A model generated the notes under the pieces. That model did not search any database. It had not been told where the DNA came from and saw nothing but the letters and a program-made list of their open reading frames with translations. This document shows positions 35,862 through 47,800 of a DNA stretch of 64,000 nucleotides, piece after piece. The DNA lies in NCBI GenBank assembly GCA_040954595.2, contig CM082579.2, positions 180,822-244,821 of the forward strand, read 5' to 3'. This DNA is from Balanoglossus misakiensis (lineage: Eukaryota > Animalia > Hemichordata). The stretch's first letter is position 1; the number at the start of each line of letters is the position of its first letter. Both the position numbers and the translations under genes were made by a program.

Positions 35862-38800
35862 GGGTTATAGCTCATGAAAATCTTCAAAAATCGACGATTT
35901 TTCGACTTTGCGAATTTTCGAAATTTAGTTTTTTTTAAAAAAAATCATGGGTTATAGCTCATCGACGATTTTTCGACTTTGCGAATTTTCGAAATTTGGT
36001 CATTTTTTGAAAAAAATCATGGGTTATAGCTCATGAAAATCGTCAAAAATCGACGATTTTTCGACTTCGCGAATTTTCGAAATTTGGTCATTTTTTGAAA
36101 AAAGTCATGGGTTATAGCTCATGAAAATCTTCAAAAATTGACGATTTTTCGACTTCGGGAATTTTCGAAATTTGGTCATTTTTTGAAAAAAGCATGGGTT
36201 ATAGCTCAAGAAAATCGTCAAAAATCGACGATTTTTCAACTTCGGGAATTTTCGAAATTTGGTTTTTTTTTGAAAAAAGCATGGGTTATAGCTCAGGAAA
36301 ATCGTCAAAAATCGACGATTTTTCGACTTCGGAAATTTTCGAAATTTTGTCATTTTTTAAAAAAATCATGGGTTATAGCTCAGGAAAATCGTCAAAAATC
36401 GACGATTTTGCGACTTCGCGAATTTTCGAAATTTGGTCATTTTTTGAAAAAATCATGGGTTATAGCTCAGGAAAATCGTCAAAAATCGACGATTTTTCGA
36501 CGTCGGGAATTTTCGAAATTTGGTCATTTTTTGAAAAAATCATGGGTTATAGCTCAGGAAAATCGTGAAAAATCGACGATTTTTCGACTTTGGGATTTTC
36601 GAAATTTGGTGATTTTTTGAAAAAATCATGGGTTTATAGCTCAGGAAAATCGTCAAAAATCGACGATTTTTCGACTTCGGGAATTTTCGAAATTTGGTCA
36701 TTTTTTGAAAAAAATCATGGGTTATAGCTCAGGAAAATCGTCAAAAATCGACGATTTTTCGACTTTGCGAATTTTCGAAATTTCGTGATTTTTTGAAAAA
36801 AATCATGGGTTATAGCTCATGAAAATCTTCAAAAATCGACGATTTTTCGACTTTGCGAATTTTCGAAATTTTGTCATTTTTAGAAAAAATCATGGGTTAT
36901 AGCTCATGAAAATCTTCAAAAATCGACGATTTTTCGACTCTTGGAATTTTCGAAATTTGGTCATTTTTTGAAAAAAGCATGGGTTATAGCTCAGGAAAAT
37001 CGTCAAAAATCGACGATTTTTCAACTTCGGGAATTTTCGAAATTTGGTCATTTTTTGAAAAAAGCATGGGTTATAGCTCAGGAAAATCGTCAAAAATTGA
37101 CGATTTTTCGACTTCGGAAATTTTCGAAATTTGGGCATTTTTTGAAAAAATCATGGGTTATAGCTCAGGAAAATCGTCAAAAATCGACGATTTTTCGACT
37201 TCGGGAATTTTCGAAATTTGGTCATTTTTTGAAAAAATCATGGGTTATAGCTCAGGAAAATCGTCAAAAATCGACGATTTTTCGACTTCGGGAATTTTCG
37301 AAATTTGGTCATTTTTTGAAAAAATCATGGGTTATAGCTTAGGAAAATCGTCAAAAATCGACGATTTTTCGATTTCGGGAATTTTTGAAATTTGGTCATT
37401 TTTTGAAAAAATCATGGGTTATAGCTCAGGAAAATCGTCAAAAATCGACGATTTTTTCGACTTCGGGAATTTTCGAAATTTGGTCATTTTTTGAAAAAAA
37501 TCATGGGTTATAGCTCAGGAAAATCGTCAAAAATCGACGATTTTTCGACTTCGGGAATTTTCGAAATTTGGTCATTTTTTGAAAAAATCATGGGTTATAG
37601 CTCAGGAAAATCGTCAAAAATCGACGATTTTTCGACTTTGCGAATTTTCGAAATTTGGTCATTTTTTGAAAAAATCATGGGTTATAGCTCAGGAAAATCG
37701 TCAAAAATCGACGATTTTTCGACTTCGGGAATTTTCGAAATTTGGTCATTTTTTGAAAAAAGCATGGGTTATAGCTCAGGAAAATCGTCAAAAATCGACG
37801 ATTTTTCAACTTCGGGAATTTTCGAAATTTGGTCATTTTTTGAAAAAAGCATGGGTTATAGCTCAGGAAAATCGTCAAAAATTGACGATTTTTCGACTTC
37901 GGAAATTTTCGAAATTTGGTCATTTTTTGAAAAAATCATGGGTTATAGCTCAGGAAAATCGTCAAAAATCGACGATTTTTCGACTTCGGGAATTTTCGAA
38001 ATTTGGTCATTTTTTGAAAAAATCATGGGTTATAGCTCAGGAAAATCGTCAAAAATCGACGATTTTTCGATTTCGGGAATTTTTGAAATTTGGTCATTTT
38101 TTGAAAAAAATCATGGGTTATAGCTCAGGAAAATCGTCAAAAATCGACGATTTTTTCGACTTCGGGAATTTTCGAAATTTTGTCATTTTTTGAAAAAAAT
38201 CATGTGTTATAGCTCAGGAAAATCGTCAAAAATCGACGATTTTGCGACTTCGGGAATTTTCGAAATTTGGTGATTTTTTGAAAAAATCATGGGTTATAGC
38301 TCAGGAAAATCGTCAAAAATCGACGATTTTGCGACTTCGGGAATTTTTGAAATTTGGTCATTTTTTGAAAAAATCATGGGTTATAGCTCAGGAAAATCGT
38401 CAAAAATCGACGATTTTTCGACTTTGCGAATTTTCGAAATTTGGTCATTTTTTGAAAAAATCATGGGTTATAGCTCAGGAAAATCGTCAAAAATCGACGA
38501 TTTTTCGACTTCGGGAATTTTCGAAATTTGGTCATTTTTTGAAAAAATCATGGGTTATAGCTCAGGAAAATCGTCAAAAATCGACGATTTTTCGATTTCG
38601 GGAATTTTTGAAATTTGGTCATTTTTTGAAAAAATCATGGGTTATAGCTCAGGAAAATCGTCAAAAATCGACGATTTTTTCGACTTCGGGAATTTTCGAA
38701 ATTTGGTTTTTTTTTGAAAAAAGCATGGGTTATAGCTCAGGAAAATCGTCAAAAATCGACGATTTTTCGACTTCGGAAATTTTCGAAATTTTGTCATTTT

Positions 38801-41800
38801 TTGAAAAAATCATGGGTTATAGCTCAGGAAAATCGTCAAAAATCGACGATTTTTCGACTTCGGGAATTTTCGAAATTTGGTCATTTTTTGAAAAAATCAT
38901 GGGTTATAGCTCAGGAAAATCGTCAAAAATCGACGATTTTTCGACTTCGGGAATTTTCGAAATTTGGTCATTTTTTGAAAAAATCATGGGTTATAGCTCA
39001 GGAAAATCGTCAAAAATCGACGATTTTTCGACTTCGGGAATTTTCGAAATTTGGTCATTTTTTGAAAAAATCATGGGTTATAGCTCAGGAAAATCGTCAA
39101 AAATCGACGATTTTTCGACTTCGGGAATTTTCGAAATTTGGTCATTTTTTAAAAAAAATCATGGGTTATAGCTCAGGAAAATCGTCAAAAATCGACGATT
39201 TTTCGACTTTGGGAATTTTCAAAATTTGGTCATTTTTTGAAAAAATCATGGGTTATAGCTCAGGAAAATCGTCAAAAATCGACGATTTTTCGACTTCGGG
39301 AATTTTCGAAATTTGGTCATTTTTTGAAAAAATCATGGGTTATAGCTCAGGAAAATCGTCAAAAATCGACGATTTTTAGACTTCGGGAATTTTCGAAATT
39401 TGGTCATTTTTTGAAAAAATCATGGGTTATAGCTCAGGAAAATCGTCAAAAATCGACGATTTTTCGACTTCGGGAATTTTCGAAATTTGGTCATTATTTG
39501 AAAAAATCATGGGTTATAGCTCAGGAAAATCGTCAAAAATCGACGATTTTTCGACTTCGGGAATTTTCGAAATTTGGTCATTTTTTGAAAAAATCATGGG
39601 TTATAGCTCAGGAAAATCGTCAAAAATCGACGATTTTTCGACTTCGGGAATTTTCGAAATTTGGTCATTTTTTGAAAAAATCATGGGTTATAGCTCAGGA
39701 AAATCGTCAAAAATCGACGATTTTTCGACCTCGGGAATTTTCGAAATTTGGTGATTTTTTGAAAAAATCATGGGTTATAGCTCAGGAAAATCGTCAAAAA
39801 TCGACGATTTTGCGACCTCGAGAATTTTCGAAATTTGGTCATTTTTTGAAAAAATCATGGGTTATAGCTCAGGAAAATCGTCAAAAATCGACGATTTTTC
39901 GACTTCGGGAATTTTCGAAATTTGGTCATTTTTTGAAAAAATCATGGGTTATAGCTCAGGAAAATCGTCAAAAATCGACGATTTTTCGACTTCGGGAATT
40001 TTCGAAATTTGGTCATTTTTTGAAAAAATCATGGGTTATAGCTCAGGAAAATCGTCAAAAATCGACGATTTTTCGACTTCGGGAATTTTCGAAATTTGGT
40101 CATTTTTTGAAAAAATCATGGGTTATAGCTCAGGAAAATCGTCAAAAATCGACGATTTTTCGACTTCGGGAATTTTCGAAATTTGGTCATTTTTTGAAAA
40201 AATCATGGGTTATAGCTCAGGAAAATCGTCAAAAATCGACGATTTTTCGACTTCGGGAATTTTCGAAATTTGGTCATTTTTTGAAAAAATCATGGGTTAT
40301 AGCTCAGGAAAATCGTCAAAATCGACGATTTTTCGACTTCGGGAATTTTCGAAATTTGGTCATTTTTTGAAAAAATCATGGGTTATAGCTCAGGAAAATC
40401 GTCAAAAACCGACGATTTTTCGACTTTGCGAATTTTCGAAATTTCGTGATTTTTTGAAAAAAATCATGGGTTATAGCTCATGAAAATCTTCAAAAATCGA
40501 CGATTTTTCGACTTTGCGAATTTTCGAAATTTGGTCATTTTTTGAAAAAATCATGGGTTATAGCTCAGGAAAATCGTCAAAAATCGACGATTTTTCGACT
40601 TCGGGAATTTTCGAAATTTGGTCATTTTTTGAAAAAATCATGGGTTATAGCTCAGGAAAATCGTCAAAAATCGACGATTTTTCGACTTCGGGAATTTTCG
40701 AAATTGGGTCATTTTTTGAAAAAATCATGGGTTATAGCTCAGGAAAATCGTCAAAAATCGACGATTTTTCGACTTCGGGAATTTTCGAAATTTGGTCATT
40801 TTTTGAAAAAATCATGGGTTATAGCTCAGGAAAATCGTCAAAAATCGACGATTTTTCGACCTCGGGAATTTTCGAAATTTGGTCATTTTTTGAAAAAATC
40901 ATGGGTTATAGCTCAGGAAAATCGTCAAAAATCGACGATTTTGCGACTTCGGGAATTTTCGAAATTTTGTCATTTTTTGAAAAAATCATGGGTTATAGCT
41001 CAGGAAAATCGTCAAAAATCGACGATTTTTCGACCTCGGGAATTTTCGAAATTTGGTGATTTTTTGAAAAAATCATGGGTTATAGCTCAGGAAAATCGTC
41101 AAAAATCGACGATTTTGCGACCTCGGTAATTTTCGAAATTTGGTGATTTTTTGAAAAAATCATGGGTTATAGCTCAGGAAAATCGTCAAAAATCGACGAT
41201 TTTTCGACCTCGGGAATTTTCGAAATTTGGTGATTTTTTGAAAAAATCATGGGTTATAGCTCAGGAAAATCGTCAAAAATCGACGATTTTTCGACCTCGG
41301 GAATTTTCGAAATTTGGTGATTTTTTGAAAAAATCATGGGTTATAGCTCAGGAAAATCGTCAAAAATCGACGATTTTGCGACTTCGAGAATTTTCGAAAT
41401 TTGGTCATTTTTTAAAAAAATCATGGGTTATAGCTCAGGAAAATGGTCAAAAATCGACGATTTTTCGACTTCGGGAATTTTCGAAATTTGGTCATTTTTT
41501 GAAAAAAATCATGGGTTATAGCTCAGGAAAATGGTCAAAAATCGACGATTTTTCGACTTCGGGAATTTTCGAAATTTGGTCATTTTTTGAAAAAAATCAT
41601 GGGTTATAGCTCAGGAAAATGGTCAAAAATCGACGATTTTTCGACTTCGGGAATTTTCGAAATTTGGTCATTTTTTGAAAAAAATCATGGGTTATAGCTC
41701 AGGAAAATGGTCAAAAATCGACGATTTTTCGACATCGGAATTTTTCGAAATTTGGTCATTTTTTGAAAAAAATCATGGGTTATAGCTCAGGAAAATGGTC

Positions 41801-44800
41801 AAAAATCGACGATTTTTCGACTTCGGGAATTTTCGAAATTTGGTCATTTTTTGAAAAAAATCATGGGTTATAGCTCAGGAAAATCGTCAAAAATCGACGA
41901 TTTTTCGACTTCGGGAATTTTCGAAATTTGGTCATTTTTTGAAAAAAATCATGGGTTATAGCTCAGGAAAATGGTCAAAAATCGACGATTTTTCGACTTC
42001 GGGAATTTTCGAAATTTGGTCATTTTTTGAAAAAAATCATGGGTTATAGCTCAGGAAAATGGTCAAAAATCGACGATTTTTCGACTTCGGGAATTTTCGA
42101 AATTTGGTCATTTTTTGAAAAAAATCATGGGTTATAGCTCAGGAAAATGGTCAAAAATCGACGATTTTTTGACTTCGGGAATTTTCGAAATTTGGTCATT
42201 TTTTGAAAAAATCATGGGTTATAGCTCAGGAAAATCGTCAAAAATCGACGATTTTTCGATTTCGGGAATTTTTGAAATTTGGTCATTTTTTGAAAAAATC
42301 ATGGGTTATAGCTCAGGAAAATCGTCAAAAATCGACGATTTTTTCGACTTCGGGAATTTTCGAAATTTGGTTTTTTTTTGAAAAAAGCATGGGTTATAGC
42401 TCAGGAAAATCGTCAAAAATCGACGATTTTTCGACTTCGGAAATTTTCGAAATTTTGTCATTTTTTGAAAAAATCATGGGTTATAGCTCAGGAAAATCGT
42501 CAAAAATCGACGATTTTTCGACTTCGGGAATTTTCGAAATTTGGTCATTTTTTGAAAAAATCATGGGTTATAGCTCAGGAAAATCGTCAAAAATCGACGA
42601 TTTTTCGACTTCGGGAATTTTCGAAATTTGGTCATTTTTTGAAAAAATCATGGGTTATAGCTCAGGAAAATCGTCAAAAATCGACGATTTTTCGACTTCG
42701 GGAATTTTCGAAATTTGGTCATTTTTTGAAAAAATCATGGGTTATAGCTCAGGAAAATCGTCAAAAATCGACGATTTTTCGACTTCGGGAATTTTCGAAA
42801 TTTGGTCATTTTTTAAAAAAAATCATGGGTTATAGCTCAGGAAAATCGTCAAAAATCGACGATTTTTCGACTTTGGGAATTTTCGAAATTTGGTCATTTT
42901 TTGAAAAAATCATGGGTTATAGCTCAGGAAAATCGTCAAAAATCGACGATTTTTCGACTTCGGGAATTTTCGAAATTTGGTCATTTTTTGAAAAAATCAT
43001 GGGTTATAGCTCAGGAAAATCGTCAAAAATCGACGATTTTTAGACTTCGGGAATTTTCGAAATTTGGTCATTTTTTGAAAAAATCATGGGTTATAGCTCA
43101 GGAAAATCGTCAAAAATCGACGATTTTTCGACTTCGGGAATTTTCGAAATTTGGTCATTATTTGAAAAAATCATGGGTTATAGCTCAGGAAAATCGTCAA
43201 AAATCGACGATTTTTCGACTTCGGGAATTTTCGAAATTTGGTCATTTTTTGAAAAAATCATGGGTTATAGCTCAGGAAAATCGTCAAAAATCGACGATTT
43301 TTCGACTTCGGGAATTTTCGAAATTTGGTCATTTTTTGAAAAAATCATGGGTTATAGCTCAGGAAAATCGTCAAAAATCGACGATTTTTCGACTTCGGGA
43401 ATTTTCGAAATTTGGTCATTTTTTGAAAAAATCATGGGTTATAGCTCAGGAAAATCGTCAAAAATCGACGATTTTTCGACTTCGGGAATTTTCGAAATTT
43501 GGTCATTTTTTGAAAAAATCATGGGTTATAGCTCAGGAAAATCGTCAAAAATCGACGATTTTTCGACTTCGGGAATTTTCGAAATTTGGTCATTTTTTGA
43601 AAAAATCATGGGTTATAGCTCAGGAAAATCGTCAAAAATCGACGATTTTTCGACTTCGGGAATTTTCGAAATTTGGTCATTTTTTGAAAAAATCATGGGT
43701 TATAGCTCAGGAAAATCGTCAAAAATCGACGATTTTTCGACTTCGGGAATTTTCGAAATTTGGTCATTTTTTGAAAAAATCATGGGTTATAGCTCAGGAA
43801 AATCGTCAAAAATCGACGATTTTTCGACTTCGGGAATTTTCGAAATTTGGTCATTTTTTGAAAAAATCATGGGTTATAGCTCAGGAAAATCGTCAAAATC
43901 GACGATTTTTCGACTTCGGGAATTTTCGAAATTTGGTCATTTTTTGAAAAAATCATGGGTTATAGCTCAGGAAAATCGTCAAAAACCGACGATTTTTCGA
44001 CTTTGCGAATTTTCGAAATTTCGTGATTTTTTGAAAAAAATCATGGGTTATAGCTCATGAAAATCTTCAAAAATCGACGATTTTTCGACTTTGCGAATTT
44101 TCGAAATTTGGTCATTTTTTGAAAAAATCATGGGTTATAGCTCAGGAAAATCGTCAAAAATCGACGATTTTTCGACTTCGGGAATTTTCGAAATTTGGTC
44201 ATTTTTTGAAAAAATCATGGGTTATAGCTCAGGAAAATCGTCAAAAATCGACGATTTTTCGACTTCGGGAATTTTCGAAATTTGGTCATTTTTTGAAAAA
44301 ATCATGGGTTATAGCTCAGGAAAATCGTCAAAAATCGACGATTTTTCGACTTCGGGAATTTTCGAAATTTGGTCATTTTTTGAAAAAATCATGGGTTATA
44401 GCTCAGGAAAATCGTCAAAAATCGACGATTTTTCGACCTCGGGAATTTTCGAAATTTGGTCATTTTTTGAAAAAATCATGGGTTATAGCTCAGGAAAATC
44501 GTCAAAAATCGACGATTTTGCGACTTCGGGAATTTTCGAAATTTTGTCATTTTTTGAAAAAATCATGGGTTATAGCTCAGGAAAATCGTCAAAAATCGAC
44601 GATTTTTCGACCTCGGGAATTTTCGAAATTTGGTGATTTTTTGAAAAAATCATGGGTTATAGCTCAGGAAAATCGTCAAAAATCGACGATTTTGCGACCT
44701 CGGTAATTTTCGAAATTTGGTGATTTTTTGAAAAAATCATGGGTTATAGCTCAGGAAAATCGTCAAAAATCGACGATTTTTCGACCTCGGGAATTTTCGA

Positions 44801-47800
44801 AATTTGGTGATTTTTTGAAAAAATCATGGGTTATAGCTCAGGAAAATCGTCAAAAATCGACGATTTTTCGACCTCGGGAATTTTCGAAATTTGGTGATTT
44901 TTTGAAAAAATCATGGGTTATAGCTCAGGAAAATCGTCAAAAATCGACGATTTTGCGACTTCGAGAATTTTCGAAATTTGGTCATTTTTTAAAAAAATCA
45001 TGGGTTATAGCTCAGGAAAATGGTCAAAAATCGACGATTTTTCGACTTCGGGAATTTTCGAAATTTGGTCATTTTTTGAAAAAAATCATGGGTTATAGCT
45101 CAGGAAAATGGTCAAAAATCGACGATTTTTCGACTTCGGGAATTTTCGAAATTTGGTCATTTTTTGAAAAAAATCATGGGTTATAGCTCAGGAAAATGGT
45201 CAAAAATCGACGATTTTTCGACTTCGGGAATTTTCGAAATTTGGTCATTTTTTGAAAAAAATCATGGGTTATAGCTCAGGAAAATGGTCAAAAATCGACG
45301 ATTTTTCGACATCGGAATTTTTCGAAATTTGGTCATTTTTTGAAAAAAATCATGGGTTATAGCTCAGGAAAATGGTCAAAAATCGACGATTTTTCGACTT
45401 CGGGAATTTTCGAAATTTGGTCATTTTTTGAAAAAAATCATGGGTTATAGCTCAGGAAAATCGTCAAAAATCGACGATTTTTCGACTTCGGGAATTTTCG
45501 AAATTTGGTCATTTTTTGAAAAAAATCATGGGTTATAGCTCAGGAAAATGGTCAAAAATCGACGATTTTTCGACTTCGGGAATTTTCGAAATTTGGTCAT
45601 TTTTTGAAAAAAATCATGGGTTATAGCTCAGGAAAATGGTCAAAAATCGACGATTTTTCGACTTCGGGAATTTTCGAAATTTGGTCATTTTTTGAAAAAA
45701 ATCATGGGTTATAGCTCAGGAAAATGGTCAAAAATCGACGATTTTTTGACTTCGGGAATTTTCGAAATTTGGTCATTTTTTGAAAAAAATCATGGGTTAT
45801 AGCTCAGGAAAATGGTCAAAAATCGACGATTTTTCGACTTCGGGAATTTTCGAAATTTGGTGATTTTTTGAAAAAATCATGGGTTATAGCTCAGGAAAAT
45901 CGTCAAAAATCGACGATTTTTCGACCTCGGGAATTTTCGAAATTTGGTCATTTTTTGAAAAAATCATGGGTTATAGCTCAGGAAAATCGTCAAAAATCGA
46001 CGATTTTGCGACTTCGGGAATTTTCGAAATTTTGTCATTTTTTGAAAAAATCATGGGTTATAGCTCAGGAAAATCGTCAAAAATCGACGATTTTGCGACC
46101 TCGGGAATTTTCGAAATTTGGTGATTTTTTGAAAAAATCATGGGTTATAGCTCAGGAAAATCGTCAAAAATCGACGATTTTGCGACCTCGGTAATTTTCG
46201 AAATATGGTGATTTTTTGAAAAAATCATGGGTTATAGCTCAGGAAAATCGTCAAAAATCGACGATTTTGCGACTTCGCGAATTTTCGAAATTTGGTGATT
46301 TTTTGAAAAAATCATGGGTTATAGCTCAGGAAAATCGTCAAAAATCGACGATTTTTCGACCTCGGGAATTTTCGAAATTTGGTGATTTTTTGAAAAAATC
46401 ATGGGTTATAGCTCAGGAAAATCGTCAAAAATCGACGATTTTTCGACCTCGGGAATTTTCGAAATTTGGTGATTTTTTGAAAAAATCATGGGTTATAGCT
46501 CAGGAAAATCGTGAAAAATCGACGATTTTTCGACCTCGGGAATTTGCGAAATTTGGTGATTTTTTTAAAAAAAATCATGGGTTATAGCTCAGGAAAATCG
46601 TCAAAAATCGACGATTTTTCGACCTCGGGAATTTTCGAAATTTGGTGATTTTTTGAAAAAATCATGGGTTATAGCTCAGGAAAATCGTCAAAAATCGACG
46701 ATTTTTCGACCTCGGGAATTTTCGAAATTTGGTGATTTTTTGAAAAAATCATGGGTTATAGCTCAGGAAAATCGTCAAAAATCGACGATTTTGCGACTTC
46801 GGGAATTTTCGAAATTTGGTGATTTTTTGAAAAAATCATGGGTTATAGCTCAGGAAAATCGTCAAAAATCGACGATTTTTCGACCTCGGGAATTTTCGAA
46901 ATTTGGTGATTTTTTGAAAAAATCATGGGTTATAGCTCAGGAAAATCGTCAAAAATCGACGATTTTGCGACCTCGGTAATTTTCGAAATATGGTGATTTT
47001 TTGAAAAAATCATGGGTTATAGCTCAGGAAAATCGTCAAAAATCGACGATTTTGCGACTTCGCGAATTTTCGAAATTTGGTGATTTTTTGAAAAAATCAT
47101 GGGTTATAGCTCAGGAAAATCGTCAAAAATCGACGATTTTTCGACCTCGGGAATTTTCGAAATTTGGTGATTTTTTGAAAAAATCATGGGTTATAGCTCA
47201 GGAAAATCGTCAAAAATCGACGATTTTTCGACCTCGGGAATTTTCGAAATTTGGTGATTTTTTGAAAAAATCATGGGTTATAGCTCAGGAAAATCGTCAA
47301 AAATCGACGATTTTTCGACCTCGGGAATTTTCGAAATTTGGTGATTTTTTGAAAAAATCATGGGTTATAGCTCAGGAAAATCGTCAAAAATCGACGATTT
47401 TTCGACCTCGGGAATTTTCGAAATTTGGTGATTTTTTGAAAAAATCATGGGTTATAGCTCAGGAAAATCGTCAAAAATCGACGATTTTTCGACCTCGGGA
47501 ATTTTCGAAATTTGGTGATTTTTTCAAAAAATCATGGGTTATAGCTCAGGAAAATCGTCAAAAATCGACGATTTTTCGACCTCGGGAATTTTCGAAATTT
47601 GGTGATTTTTTGAAAAAATCATGGGTTATAGCTCAGGAAAATGGTCAAAAATCGACGATTTTTCGACCTCGGGAATTTTCGAAATTTGGTGATTTTTTGA
47701 AAAAAATCATGGGTTATAGCTCAGGAAAATGGTCAAAAATCGACGATTTTTCGACTTCGGGAATTTTCGAAATTTGGTGATTTTTTGAAAAAAATCATGG

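Noticed and set aside
35862-35867. Telomere-like GGGTTA in each monomer
   Set aside because: Only one hexamer per 87 bp and never tandem; no evidence of telomeric origin.
36140-36165. CENP-B box resemblance (TTCG...CGGGA) in the monomer
   Set aside because: The spacer between TTCG and CGGG is 4 nt rather than the 7 nt of the CENP-B box, and the TTCG is lost in the dominant interior variant.
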